Positions 18,716-27,753 of a stretch of 64,000 nt of DNA are shown one piece after another (within the stretch, counting starts at the first letter, position 1; each line of letters starts with the position of its first letter). The DNA comes from a virus, in IMG/VR virus record IMGVR_UViG_3300025769_000077, positions 34,406-98,405 of that record, one strand, 5' to 3'. A program made the position numbers and the translations under genes. The notes under the pieces are model-generated. The model was not told where the DNA came from, did not search any database, and worked only from the letters and a program-made list of their open reading frames with translations.

Positions 18716-18971
18716 GTTATACCTAGATACGTTTAATTATTCAACTGCAGATTGGATTCCGTGCGAAATGTGCGGATCCACTGCTGTTGATATTCATCAC
18801 ATCGATGCAAGAGGACAAGGTGGAGATCCACAAGGTAAAAAAGATGTTATAGAAAATCTTATGGCAGTTTGTAGAAATTGTCACATCAAATATGGTGATA
18901 AAAAACAGTATAAACAATTATTAAAAGAAGTACATGGGAAATTCATGGAGAAGAAAATACGCAGAAGCTAA
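18696..18971 (+). CDS. HNH endonuclease
   Basis: CEMC...DIHHI...ENLMAVCRNCH. Confidence 0.85.
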   Translation: MMKNHTKLYLDTFNYSTADWIPCEMCGSTAVDIHHIDARGQGGDPQGKKDVIENLMAVCRNCHIKYGDKKQYKQLLKEVHGKFMEKKIRRS

Positions 18972-19027
18972 GAAAAAGTTTACGCGTGAGAATCGTGGTA
19001 GAAAAATAGTAATGAAAAAAGACAGAG

Positions 19028-19351
19028 ATGATAACAGCCAAGGATCCAAACAATTTAAAGTGGGTGGTTAATTTTAACCATCTTACTGATAGACAAAAAG
19101 CTGTAGTTGCTTACTATAATGCTATTGTACATTTTATGGGAAATACTCCTAATGATTCTACTTTAGGAGCTAAAATAAGAACATTATTTCAAGAAAAAGA
19201 TGTAGTGGTATTAGGAAATAATTTATATAAAGAAAGTAAAACTCCTTGTACTTGTGAATGTCATTCATCTAATGAAACAATTGTTCATTTTACAGCATGT
19301 TGTAACAATGAAGAAGTAGTTACTTATTTACCTTTAAATGAAATAATATGA
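19028..19351 (+). CDS. hypothetical protein with Cys/His cluster
   Basis: CTCECH...HFTACC putative metal site. Confidence 0.55.
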   Translation: MITAKDPNNLKWVVNFNHLTDRQKAVVAYYNAIVHFMGNTPNDSTLGAKIRTLFQEKDVVVLGNNLYKESKTPCTCECHSSNETIVHFTACCNNEEVVTYLPLNEII

Positions 19352-19731
19352 AAAAAATATACTTAGCAATACCTTATACTGGTATGGAAGAATCTGCTTA
19401 TAAACAAGCAACTGAGATTACAGCATTGTTACTTAAATTAGGTAACTTAAATGTATTTAGTCCTATTACTCATTCACACCCTTTACATGCTGATTACGGA
19501 GTAGAAGGTACATGGGATTTTTGGTCTAAGATTGATTACCAATTTATAGATTGGTGTGACGAAGTATGGGTAGTTCACCCTAGAGAAGGTTTATCTAAAG
19601 TATTTTCATCTACCGGTGTAACAGCTGAAGTTAAATATGCAGAAGAGAACAATAAACCTGTAAAGGTATTACACATAGAAACAGTAATTGAAATGCTTAG
19701 AATTAAAGAACAAATTGAACAAGATGAGTAA
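19348..19731 (+). CDS. DUF1937 / nucleoside 2-deoxyribosyltransferase-like protein
   Basis: IYLAIPYT, VFSPITHSH, W...D...CDEVWV, STGVTAEVKYA. Confidence 0.8.
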   Translation: MKKIYLAIPYTGMEESAYKQATEITALLLKLGNLNVFSPITHSHPLHADYGVEGTWDFWSKIDYQFIDWCDEVWVVHPREGLSKVFSSTGVTAEVKYAEENNKPVKVLHIETVIEMLRIKEQIEQDE

Positions 19732-20035
19732 AGGAAGTAGATTCAATATTAATAAACCTAAATACTCTATTCTTAGTTTAAAAGAGTTAGAACCAGGTGT
19801 AAGAGTATTGGAATTTGGTGCAGAAAAATATTCAAGAGACAATTGGAAAAAAGGATTAAAGTTTTCTGAAATACTTGATTCTATGATGAGACATATTTCT
19901 GCATTACAATCTGGTGAATGGTTTGACCAAGAATCAAAATTACCTCACATTGGTCACATCCAATGTAATGCTTTATTTTTGGGTTGCAAGAATAACACGA
20001 TAGATTTAAAATTTGAAGATGGAAACAGTATATAA
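19724..20035 (+). CDS. dATP/dGTP diphosphohydrolase domain protein (DUF5664-like)
   Basis: RFNINKP...VLEFGAEKYSRDNWKKG...SMMRH...DQESKLPHIGHIQCNALFL; likely start MSKGSRF. Confidence 0.8.
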   Translation: MSKGSRFNINKPKYSILSLKELEPGVRVLEFGAEKYSRDNWKKGLKFSEILDSMMRHISALQSGEWFDQESKLPHIGHIQCNALFLGCKNNTIDLKFEDGNSI

Positions 20036-20117
20036 ACGGGATAGTAAGGGTAAACTACGTTATCTTAAGGTTTATACAGAAGTGGTGAACAACATGGTAT
20101 GCTATCAAGGTAAATAG
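20019..20117 (+). pseudogene. possible N-terminal remnant of a phage ATP-dependent DNA ligase
   Basis: 32-aa ORF METVYKRDSKGKLRYLKV... resembles the LYKxDSKGKxR start of phage ligases, then terminates. Confidence 0.4.
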
Positions 20118-20124
20118 ATTTTTT

Positions 20125-20988
20125 ATGAATTACAAACATCAAAAAACAAAAACACTTACAATTAAAAATAATGGTAGGAGTAGCGATTTTGTTACTCCTA
20201 ATTTTATACTAGGTTGTGAAGGCGGATGTCAGTATTGTTACGTAGAAAGATGGAATAGACCATCTATTTACTTTAACAGTAACGTTGATCAAATACTTCA
20301 GAGTATTAAAACTCATAGTGAGAGTTTAAGTCAAAAGCAACCAAATCAAGTAGATCCTAAATACTGGACTTACGATATTGGTTGTTCAACTGATGTTACT
20401 CTTTATTGGAATAAATATCCATTTGATAAAATTCTTAAGTACTTTAGGGATAATGGAATAAAATCTACATTCGCTACTAAGTATGTGAACAAGAAGATGT
20501 TAAGAGAAGCTCAAGCTAATGAGCAAAATCGAATAAGATTCAGTTTATCTCATGAACGTGTAAGAATGGGACTTGAACCTAAAACTACATCTATTCCATT
20601 ACGTATTGATGCTGTAAATTATGCAGTTGAGCATGGTTGGGATACTCATCTTAATTTTAGTCCTATTGTTTACTTTTCGGGTTGGTTAGATCTTTATCGA
20701 GAATTGTTTATAGATCTCGATAGAAATGTTATTAACAAGAAGAATGTAAAATGCGAATGTATTTTTCTTACTCATCATAAAGGACTTCATGAAAGAAACA
20801 TTTTAGATCCTCAAAAAGCAAAATTTGAATCTGTTTTATGGAACGAGTCTATTCAACAAAATAAAGTTTCAAATTATGGTGGAGAAAATGTTCGATACAA
20901 GTACATCTTAAAAAATGAGATGATTGAAGAATTTAAATTTCTTCATCAAGAACTTATACCATGGTGTGAAATAAGATACATTTTTTAA
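20125..20988 (+). CDS. spore photoproduct lyase family radical SAM protein
   Basis: CEGGCQYC (CxxxCxxC), YDIGCSTD, FATKYVN, RIRFSL, HLNFSPI, NVRY. Confidence 0.85.
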   Translation: MNYKHQKTKTLTIKNNGRSSDFVTPNFILGCEGGCQYCYVERWNRPSIYFNSNVDQILQSIKTHSESLSQKQPNQVDPKYWTYDIGCSTDVTLYWNKYPFDKILKYFRDNGIKSTFATKYVNKKMLREAQANEQNRIRFSLSHERVRMGLEPKTTSIPLRIDAVNYAVEHGWDTHLNFSPIVYFSGWLDLYRELFIDLDRNVINKKNVKCECIFLTHHKGLHERNILDPQKAKFESVLWNESIQQNKVSNYGGENVRYKYILKNEMIEEFKFLHQELIPWCEIRYIF

Positions 20989-21015
20989 TGAAATTTTAAT
21001 TAAGAGCTGAGATAG

Positions 21016-21198
21016 ATGAACGCTTATAAACTTAATTCTAAATCTAATTACTACATAAGATCTCTAATATGTAAACATTTTAACATTGGATTTTCTGAAG
21101 TCTATAGACAAATTAAAAGTATTGAAGTTAAAGAAGACATAATTGTAGAAACTAAAGACTTTGGTAAATACAAATTAATGTTAGAAAGATATGAGTAA
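21016..21198 (+). CDS. hypothetical protein
   Basis: 60-aa ORF in a tightly packed array. Confidence 0.5.
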   Translation: MNAYKLNSKSNYYIRSLICKHFNIGFSEVYRQIKSIEVKEDIIVETKDFGKYKLMLERYE

Positions 21199-21403
21199 AA
21201 GAGTACTAATTAAAGTACAAAATCCTGATAATAATCCTCCTCCAAAGAAGGGTTATTACCAAGGTATTGTAACAGTAGGTGATAAAAAATCTGTAGAAAC
21301 AGTATATTGGACCGGTAAGATATTCACTCAAGAAGAGTGGAAGTCATGTAAAGTTATAGGATGGTTTAATGCTAGTGATATATTAGAAAAATATGCACCT
21401 TAA
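21191..21403 (+). CDS. hypothetical protein (DUF551-like)
   Basis: PPPKKGYY...W...VIGW pattern. Confidence 0.5.
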   Translation: MSKRVLIKVQNPDNNPPPKKGYYQGIVTVGDKKSVETVYWTGKIFTQEEWKSCKVIGWFNASDILEKYAP

Positions 21404-21623
21404 CGAAGAAATTCTATTTATGGCATTTAGATATGCTTTAGGTAGACAAACATATGTAGTCAGTGATGTAGTTGAAACAATTATTAGAAATTGGGATGAA
21501 TTATCATCTAATGTACAACGCAGGATTAAAATGGAGATAGAAGAAGCTATATCAAAGAATATGGCTGGTCATGAAATGGATGTAAAAGAATGGAAAAAAA
21601 TATTGAAATGTATTTTAAAATAA
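21393..21623 (+). CDS. conserved phage hypothetical protein
   Basis: AFRYALGRQTY motif common in phages. Confidence 0.7.
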   Translation: MHLNEEILFMAFRYALGRQTYVVSDVVETIIRNWDELSSNVQRRIKMEIEEAISKNMAGHEMDVKEWKKILKCILK

Positions 21624-21741
21624 TAGCATCAATAATTATTTTAATATGTTATTTTTTAATAGTTTTTGATGTAAATATTGATACTGAAGAAGGTTTTATT
21701 ATTTATTACACAGTTAATTTTAAACGTAAAAGTTACAAGTT

Positions 21742-22416
21742 ATGGTAATATGGCATATTAGTGATACACATGGAATGCATAATTATTTAACTGTTCCTAA
21801 AGGAATAGATATGATTATTCACAGTGGAGATGCTTCTAATTATATGGATCCTATTATAAATCACAATGAAATGTGGGATTTTAAAGAATGGTGGAACAAT
21901 TTAGAAGTAAAGTATAAGATCTATGTAGCAGGTAATCATGACACAAGTATTGAAAAAGGAATATTTAGTAAAAATAATTTAGAAAACAATGATAATTCTT
22001 TTTATCTTGAAAACGATGAAGTAGAGATAGAAGGATTAAAATTTTATGGTAGTCCTTATCAACCTTTATTTGGTAATTGGTCATTTCAAAGAGCTGATAA
22101 TAAGTTATTTAAGATGTGGGAAAATATACCGGAAGATACTGATATTCTTATTACACATGGACCACCTAAAGGTATACTTGACTTAGCTGAAAAACCTAAC
22201 CATACTTTAGAATACTGTGGAGATAAACATTTATTTAATAGAGTGATAAAAATTAAACCTAAATACCATCTATTTGGACATATACATAATAATGGAAACC
22301 AAATAAATGTTGGTAAAAGAGTTTACAATGATATTACTTTTGTTAATTCAGCAGCAGTTACAGATAGAAAATTTGATTTAGGTATAACTTATCATGGAAC
22401 AACAATAGAATTATGA
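21742..22416 (+). CDS. calcineurin-like metallophosphoesterase
   Basis: ISDTHG, HSGD, AGNHD, ITHGPP, FGHIH. Confidence 0.9.
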   Translation: MVIWHISDTHGMHNYLTVPKGIDMIIHSGDASNYMDPIINHNEMWDFKEWWNNLEVKYKIYVAGNHDTSIEKGIFSKNNLENNDNSFYLENDEVEIEGLKFYGSPYQPLFGNWSFQRADNKLFKMWENIPEDTDILITHGPPKGILDLAEKPNHTLEYCGDKHLFNRVIKIKPKYHLFGHIHNNGNQINVGKRVYNDITFVNSAAVTDRKFDLGITYHGTTIEL

Positions 22417-22718
22417 GTATAAAAAATATAGTAAAGTTTAAAAAGCTTTTAAAAGAAGATGAAGAAGCTAAAGAATTTAATGAAAAACTTTATAAAGACG
22501 AATCAAGTTTTTATATGGACTATTTACTAAAAGATACTGTACAATTTAGTTTATGTTACATAAAAAATTATCACACTTTAGTATTACATAATCGTTACTC
22601 TTCACTAATTATTTTAGATGAAGAAGATAAGCAGTATTTTTTAAAAAAATATGTGACTCCTAAAGTACTTGAGTATGAAAGATTACAGAAAAAATTAAAT
22701 GATTTGAATGAAGATTAA
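22413..22718 (+). CDS. hypothetical protein
   Basis: 101-aa ORF, ATGA overlap. Confidence 0.55.
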   Translation: MSIKNIVKFKKLLKEDEEAKEFNEKLYKDESSFYMDYLLKDTVQFSLCYIKNYHTLVLHNRYSSLIILDEEDKQYFLKKYVTPKVLEYERLQKKLNDLNED

Positions 22719-22721
22719 ATT

Positions 22722-23120
22722 ATGAAACAAACAGATTTAGAAGAAGTAAGAAAGTATAGGTTTTTTCAAGAATTTGATGAACCTATACTTTATGAACCAC
22801 ATGATACAAATACAGGAGAATCTTTATTAATATATGGTATATTTCCTTATCACTCAGTTACTTTAATTGGAGATAAAGTTACTAACCACACTAGAGATGA
22901 ATTTGCTGATATAGAATATCATTTAAGTAAGAATACTAAATATTTTATTACTAATAAATACTTAATAGTAGGAGATAAATATTGTATATATTGTCATGAT
23001 GGTCATGCTAGAAAAGGTGACTACACTAATATTAAAGATTATGACAATAGACATATAAGACCTATATATGTAGATGAAGATTGGAGTGAATATAAAAAGA
23101 AATTTAATTTAAAAAAATGA
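22722..23120 (+). CDS. hypothetical protein
   Basis: 132-aa ORF. Confidence 0.55.
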   Translation: MKQTDLEEVRKYRFFQEFDEPILYEPHDTNTGESLLIYGIFPYHSVTLIGDKVTNHTRDEFADIEYHLSKNTKYFITNKYLIVGDKYCIYCHDGHARKGDYTNIKDYDNRHIRPIYVDEDWSEYKKKFNLKK

Positions 23121-23296
23121 GAACAATTTTAATTTTAGTACTTTATTTATTCCTTATTATAGGAGAAATAAGATGTATTGTGAAAGCAATACAATGTAAC
23201 TGGGAACCAATTGGTAAAGCAGAAGTAATTTATACTGGAGCAGCTTTAACCGGATTAGGTTCAATTATAGGATGGTTTAATATTGAAGACAAATAA
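23117..23296 (+). CDS. small membrane protein (59 aa)
   Basis: manual translation MRTILILVLYLFLIIGEIRCIVK...GLGSIIGWF; fills the gap exactly. Confidence 0.6.
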   Translation: MRTILILVLYLFLIIGEIRCIVKAIQCNWEPIGKAEVIYTGAALTGLGSIIGWFNIEDK

Positions 23297-23821
23297 ATGG
23301 AAATCAAAGATTATCAAAAGATTATTGAGCAAACAGCTGTGTATCCGACAACAGTACATAACTTTGGATTAGCTTATGCATGGTTAGGTCTTATAGACGA
23401 GACTGATGAGTTTCTTAATTCTTTATCAGAAGAAGATGAAGATGCATCTATTAAAGAAATGGGTGATGTAATTTGGTACATTACTGCTATCTGTAAAGAA
23501 TGTGATATTGAATTAGAAAATATAATGGAGTTAGTAGAAGATGAAGCTTTCTATATGTCTATAGATGAAGAAATAACTCCTATTCCTGGTTATACCGGTA
23601 AAATCAAAAAGCATTACAGAGATAAGAAAGTAATTGATATTGAAGAACTTACTGAAGTATTAGCTCATCACATTCTAACTTTAGAGAATCAGTTTGAAGG
23701 AGTTTATGATGATGTGTTTGATTACTCAGACGTATTAAATAGAAACTACGACAAACTTATAGCTCGTAGAGCAACTAATACTCTTCACGGAGATGGTGAT
23801 AATAGAGAATTAGAAGCTTAA
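23297..23821 (+). CDS. MazG-like nucleotide pyrophosphohydrolase
   Basis: TAVYP...LGLIDETDE...KEMGDVIWY...NYDKL..R...LHGDGDNR. Confidence 0.8.
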   Translation: MEIKDYQKIIEQTAVYPTTVHNFGLAYAWLGLIDETDEFLNSLSEEDEDASIKEMGDVIWYITAICKECDIELENIMELVEDEAFYMSIDEEITPIPGYTGKIKKHYRDKKVIDIEELTEVLAHHILTLENQFEGVYDDVFDYSDVLNRNYDKLIARRATNTLHGDGDNRELEA

Positions 23822-23864
23822 ATTTAATTGCGTCATTAATTTAGACTGAAGTTTTTAGTTTATT

Positions 23865-23900
23865 GGGAGTAGAAGGTACGGAAACGTACCTTTGCTATCC
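23865..23900 (+). promoter_or_regulatory. GNRA-capped hairpin upstream of RNR
   Basis: GAAGGTACG-GAAA-CGTACCTTT; weak U-tract. Confidence 0.5.
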
Positions 23901-23914
23901 TTAAAAATTAATAA

Positions 23915-25765
23915 ATGCAATTAAACAATGAAATTTTATCGGATATTATTGTGCATATGAAATATGCTCGATATATCCCAGAACTACAACGTAGAGAGAC
24001 TTACGAAGAGATTGTTAATCGGAACAAAGAAATGCATATTAGAAAGTTTCCAAACTTGGAAAGTGAAATTAACGAAGCATATGAATTTGTATACCGAAAA
24101 GAAATCCTTCCAGCTATGCGATCTTTTCAATTTGCGGGTAAACCTATTGAATTAAACAATGCACGAATGTTTAATTGTAGTTACGCACCTATAGATGATC
24201 ATAGAGTATTTTCTGAAGGTATGTTTCTACTATTAAGTGGTTGTGGATTTGGATATTCAGTACAAAAAAGTCACGTTGAACAATTACCTGAAATACAAAA
24301 ACCTACTAAAGAACGTAAATTTGTTATAGGTGATAGTATTGAAGGATGGAGTGATTCAGTTAAGTATCTAATTAAATCTTATATGGGAATGGGTTCTAAA
24401 CCTAGATTTGTATTTGATGATATTAGAGAAAAAGGAGCATTACTTGTAACATCAGGTGGTAAAGCTCCTGGTCCGGAACCATTAAAACGTTGTCTAAATG
24501 AAATTGAAATGATTTTAGATAGCAAAGAGAATGGTTCTAAGTTAACTCCTATTGAATGTCATTCTATTATGTGTCATATAGCAGATGCAGTATTAGCAGG
24601 TGGTATTCGTAGAAGTGCAATGATAGCTCTATTTTCATTTGATGATGAAGACATGCTTACATGTAAGTCAGGTAACTGGTGGGAGTTAAATCCTCATTTT
24701 GGTAGAGCTAACAATTCTGCTGTTGTATTGACAAACAGAGTAACTAAATCTGAATTTGAAAACTTTTGGAAAAAAGTTGAAGCATCTAAAGCAGGTGAAC
24801 CTGGTATCTATTTTACTAATGATCCGGAGTACGGAACCAACCCTTGCGTTGAGACCAGTCTTAGACGTAATACATTCTGTAACTTAGTAGAGATTAATGG
24901 AGCTAATGTAGATAATCAAGAAGACTTTAATGCAAGATGTAAAGCAGCATCTTTTATTAATACTCTTCAAGCTTCTTACACAGACTTTCATTATTTAAGA
25001 GAGATATGGAAACGTAATACAGAGAAAGATGCTCTTATTGGAGTTGGAATAACCGGTATAGCAGCAGGTAAATTAGATGAAATAAATATTCAAGAAGGAG
25101 CTGCTATTGTTAAGTTAGTCAATGAGATAACAGCTGAGAAAATAGGTATTAGACCTGCAGCAAGAACTACTGTTATTAAACCTGCAGGAACTTCATCTCT
25201 TGTATTAGGAACTTCGTCTGGTATTCATGACTATCATGATAAATATTGGATTAGAAGAATTAGAGTAGGAAAGAATGAAGCTATTTATTCGTACTTATCA
25301 ATTAATCATCCTGAAATATTAGAAGATGAAATATTCAGACCAACGGAACAAGCAGTTATTTCTGTTCCACAAATGGCTCCAGAAACGGGTACTACCCGTC
25401 ATGATTCTGTTAACAGTTTACTTAATAGGATATACAGATTCAATGAAAAGTGGGTACGAGCAGGACACAATACTGGTCCTAACTATCATAACGTATCTGC
25501 TACTGTCAACATTAAGGATGATGAGTGGAATCAAGTAGGAGAATGGATGTGGACGTTTAGAGACAAATTCCACGGATTAAGTGTTTTACCTTTTGATGGG
25601 GGAACTTATCAACAAGCTCCTTTTGAGTCTTGTACAAAAGAGACTTATGATGAATTGGTTAAACAATTACATTCAATTGACTTAACTAAAGTAGTTGAGT
25701 TACAAGATAATACAGACCTCAAAGGTGAAGCTGCGTGTGCAGGTGGAGCTTGTGAGATAGTATAA
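23915..25765 (+). CDS. nrdJ: class II (adenosylcobalamin-dependent) ribonucleotide reductase
   Basis: FNCSY, GGIRRSA, TNPCVE, FCNLVE, IKPAGTSS, C-terminal ACAGGACEI; no small-subunit gene nearby. Confidence 0.9.
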   Translation: MQLNNEILSDIIVHMKYARYIPELQRRETYEEIVNRNKEMHIRKFPNLESEINEAYEFVYRKEILPAMRSFQFAGKPIELNNARMFNCSYAPIDDHRVFSEGMFLLLSGCGFGYSVQKSHVEQLPEIQKPTKERKFVIGDSIEGWSDSVKYLIKSYMGMGSKPRFVFDDIREKGALLVTSGGKAPGPEPLKRCLNEIEMILDSKENGSKLTPIECHSIMCHIADAVLAGGIRRSAMIALFSFDDEDMLTCKSGNWWELNPHFGRANNSAVVLTNRVTKSEFENFWKKVEASKAGEPGIYFTNDPEYGTNPCVETSLRRNTFCNLVEINGANVDNQEDFNARCKAASFINTLQASYTDFHYLREIWKRNTEKDALIGVGITGIAAGKLDEINIQEGAAIVKLVNEITAEKIGIRPAARTTVIKPAGTSSLVLGTSSGIHDYHDKYWIRRIRVGKNEAIYSYLSINHPEILEDEIFRPTEQAVISVPQMAPETGTTRHDSVNSLLNRIYRFNEKWVRAGHNTGPNYHNVSATVNIKDDEWNQVGEWMWTFRDKFHGLSVLPFDGGTYQQAPFESCTKETYDELVKQLHSIDLTKVVELQDNTDLKGEAACAGGACEIV

Positions 25766-25771
25766 AAACAT

Positions 25772-25794
25772 ACAGGTGTTACCACCTGTTTTTT
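25772..25794 (+). terminator. intrinsic terminator
   Basis: ACAGGTG-TTAC-CACCTGT plus T-tract. Confidence 0.75.
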
Positions 25795-26032
25795 AAATTA
25801 AATAAAATGGAAAAGAATAAAGAATTTAATTGTGCTGATAAAGACATGGGTTTACGTAAATGTTCGGTACAATGTAATTATTGTAAAAAAAGAAACTAAT
25901 GTTTAACAGATTACCCAAACATTTCAAAGTTGAGGATATTATCCCTAATTCTCAAAAAGCTCTGTCTAATAATGACATAGAGTTATATGTACAGTATGTA
26001 ACGTTTTATAAATATTTTATAGCTTAATCAAA

Positions 26033-26959
26033 ATGGAAATGATTTTAAATTTAACACCAGGATTCAATCCTACAAATGCACTAGAAGAAGAATGTATCGA
26101 TTTTAAACATTTTAAGTTTGCTAGTGGTGAACATCACATAGTTATCAAGGATGACTTTAATGAGTTCGGTGAACCAACTGATGTGAATATTACTACTAGA
26201 ATTAATTCTATGGATGATTTAGGTAAGCTTATGGTAGCTGTAGATGCTTTAAGTCAAACTGGATGGTTGGGTAACAAGTGGTTAACTATACCTTATTTTC
26301 CTGGTAGTAGACAAGACAGAAGAAATCAATACGGAGAACCTTTAACTGTTAAGATTTATGCTGATATTATTAATGATATGGAATTTGATGGTGTAAGTAT
26401 ATGGGATCCACATTCAGATGTAACTTCTGCTTTACTTGAAAACGTATCAGTAATAAACAATCACAAATTTGTAGATAGATGTTTAACTGACATGGATCCA
26501 AATGATACAACAGATTACTTAATTGTATCTCCGGATGCAGGTTCTCTTAAGAAAGTTAATTCTTTATTAAAGCATTTCAATTTTGGTAGTAATAGATTAC
26601 TAAAGTGTGATAAAGATAGAAACCCTCTTACTGGTAAAATAGAATCATTTGAAGTACATTCTCCGGATTTAACCGGTAAGACATGTGTCATAGTAGATGA
26701 TATATGTTCAGGCGGTGGTACTTTCATAGGATTAGCTAAAGAACTTAAAGAGTTAGGTTGTCATGATATATATCTTATTGTAACTCATGGTGAGTTCGGT
26801 AGAGATGTATCTTCAACCTTAAATAAACTTAGTGATCATTTCAATAAAGTATACACATCTAATTCAATTAGAGATTACAATAAGAAATGGCATGAAGCTA
26901 TAGAACATTACAACGGAACTAATTATTCAAACTTTTTGATTACTAAAGACTATGTCTAA
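26033..26959 (+). CDS. PRPP synthetase-like protein (candidate ADPR-PP synthetase, Adps)
   Basis: FASGE, IPYFPGSRQDR, DPHS, VSPDAG, IVDDICSGGGTF, THG. Confidence 0.88.
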   Translation: MEMILNLTPGFNPTNALEEECIDFKHFKFASGEHHIVIKDDFNEFGEPTDVNITTRINSMDDLGKLMVAVDALSQTGWLGNKWLTIPYFPGSRQDRRNQYGEPLTVKIYADIINDMEFDGVSIWDPHSDVTSALLENVSVINNHKFVDRCLTDMDPNDTTDYLIVSPDAGSLKKVNSLLKHFNFGSNRLLKCDKDRNPLTGKIESFEVHSPDLTGKTCVIVDDICSGGGTFIGLAKELKELGCHDIYLIVTHGEFGRDVSSTLNKLSDHFNKVYTSNSIRDYNKKWHEAIEHYNGTNYSNFLITKDYV

Positions 26960-27329
26960 TCCTGTCAACGATCTACTTACTGTGTATGAAGAACACGGTA
27001 CTATAATCGTTGGAGTTGATTTTGATGACACAATATTCCCTTATAATAAGCGTAGTAAAACACAATGTGAAACTGTAAGGGAAGTATTGTTGCAAGCAAG
27101 ACCTTACATTACTATATGTCTATATACAATAGCAGATGAACAATCTCTAAAGTACAAATTAGCACTTATGGAAATGTGGGGTCTAACTCCCGATTATGTA
27201 AACGAATCACCGGTAAAGATGTCCGGTCCTAAACCTTATTTCAATTTACTATTGGATGATAAAGCAGGTTTATTTGAAGCTACATCTACTTTACGAAAAT
27301 TTAAAAATATGATAAATGAAATTAACTAA
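26952..27329 (+). CDS. capless HAD-superfamily hydrolase
   Basis: VDFDDTI (DxDxT), KPY, LLDDKAG. Confidence 0.75.
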   Translation: MSNPVNDLLTVYEEHGTIIVGVDFDDTIFPYNKRSKTQCETVREVLLQARPYITICLYTIADEQSLKYKLALMEMWGLTPDYVNESPVKMSGPKPYFNLLLDDKAGLFEATSTLRKFKNMINEIN

Positions 27330-27753
27330 CATGCAGTTAGATATACTAACTGATGAAATATACAAAAGTGTATTAGATAAAATAAACACTATTAAATCAA
27401 GTAAGAAGTTTCAAGCTTTACTTAAGAAAGTAAAGAAAGACTTTAAATTTGATCAATTAAATGAAATTATTGAAAAAAATAATTCACTTTCGGATCAGAT
27501 AAATAAACTTAGAGATGAACAATCTAAGTTGAGAAAAGAGTATTGCGATATATTAGGGACATCTCTTCATTATCGCAATGTAGATTCAGATACCTCTCGT
27601 ATAGAACAAGATTGTAAAGATAAAGCATTAAAAGAATTAACTTCTGATTTGCCTACTAAGAATTCAATCAAGTCAGCTATTGTATTAGAAGCAATGTCTG
27701 GTAGTAATAATATCCTTGAAGCTATAAAAACTAAATTTGAATTAAATGATTAA
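27316..27753 (+). CDS. hypothetical coiled-coil protein
   Basis: 145-aa helical ORF. Confidence 0.6.
   Translation: MKLTNMQLDILTDEIYKSVLDKINTIKSSKKFQALLKKVKKDFKFDQLNEIIEKNNSLSDQINKLRDEQSKLRKEYCDILGTSLHYRNVDSDTSRIEQDCKDKALKELTSDLPTKNSIKSAIVLEAMSGSNNILEAIKTKFELND

Noticed and set aside
19688-23821. Z-genome or 7-deazaguanine modification system
   Set aside because: DUF5664 and MazG-like genes are present, but no PurZ, QueC/D/E, FolE or DpdA homologue is in the window
23822-23914. Cobalamin riboswitch before nrdJ
   Set aside because: Only ~90 nt with a single GNRA hairpin; no B12 box recognised
3980-25765. Introns or inteins in polB, dnaB or nrdJ
   Set aside because: ORFs are uninterrupted and of compact length, with no intein splice motifs; the HNH gene is free-standing
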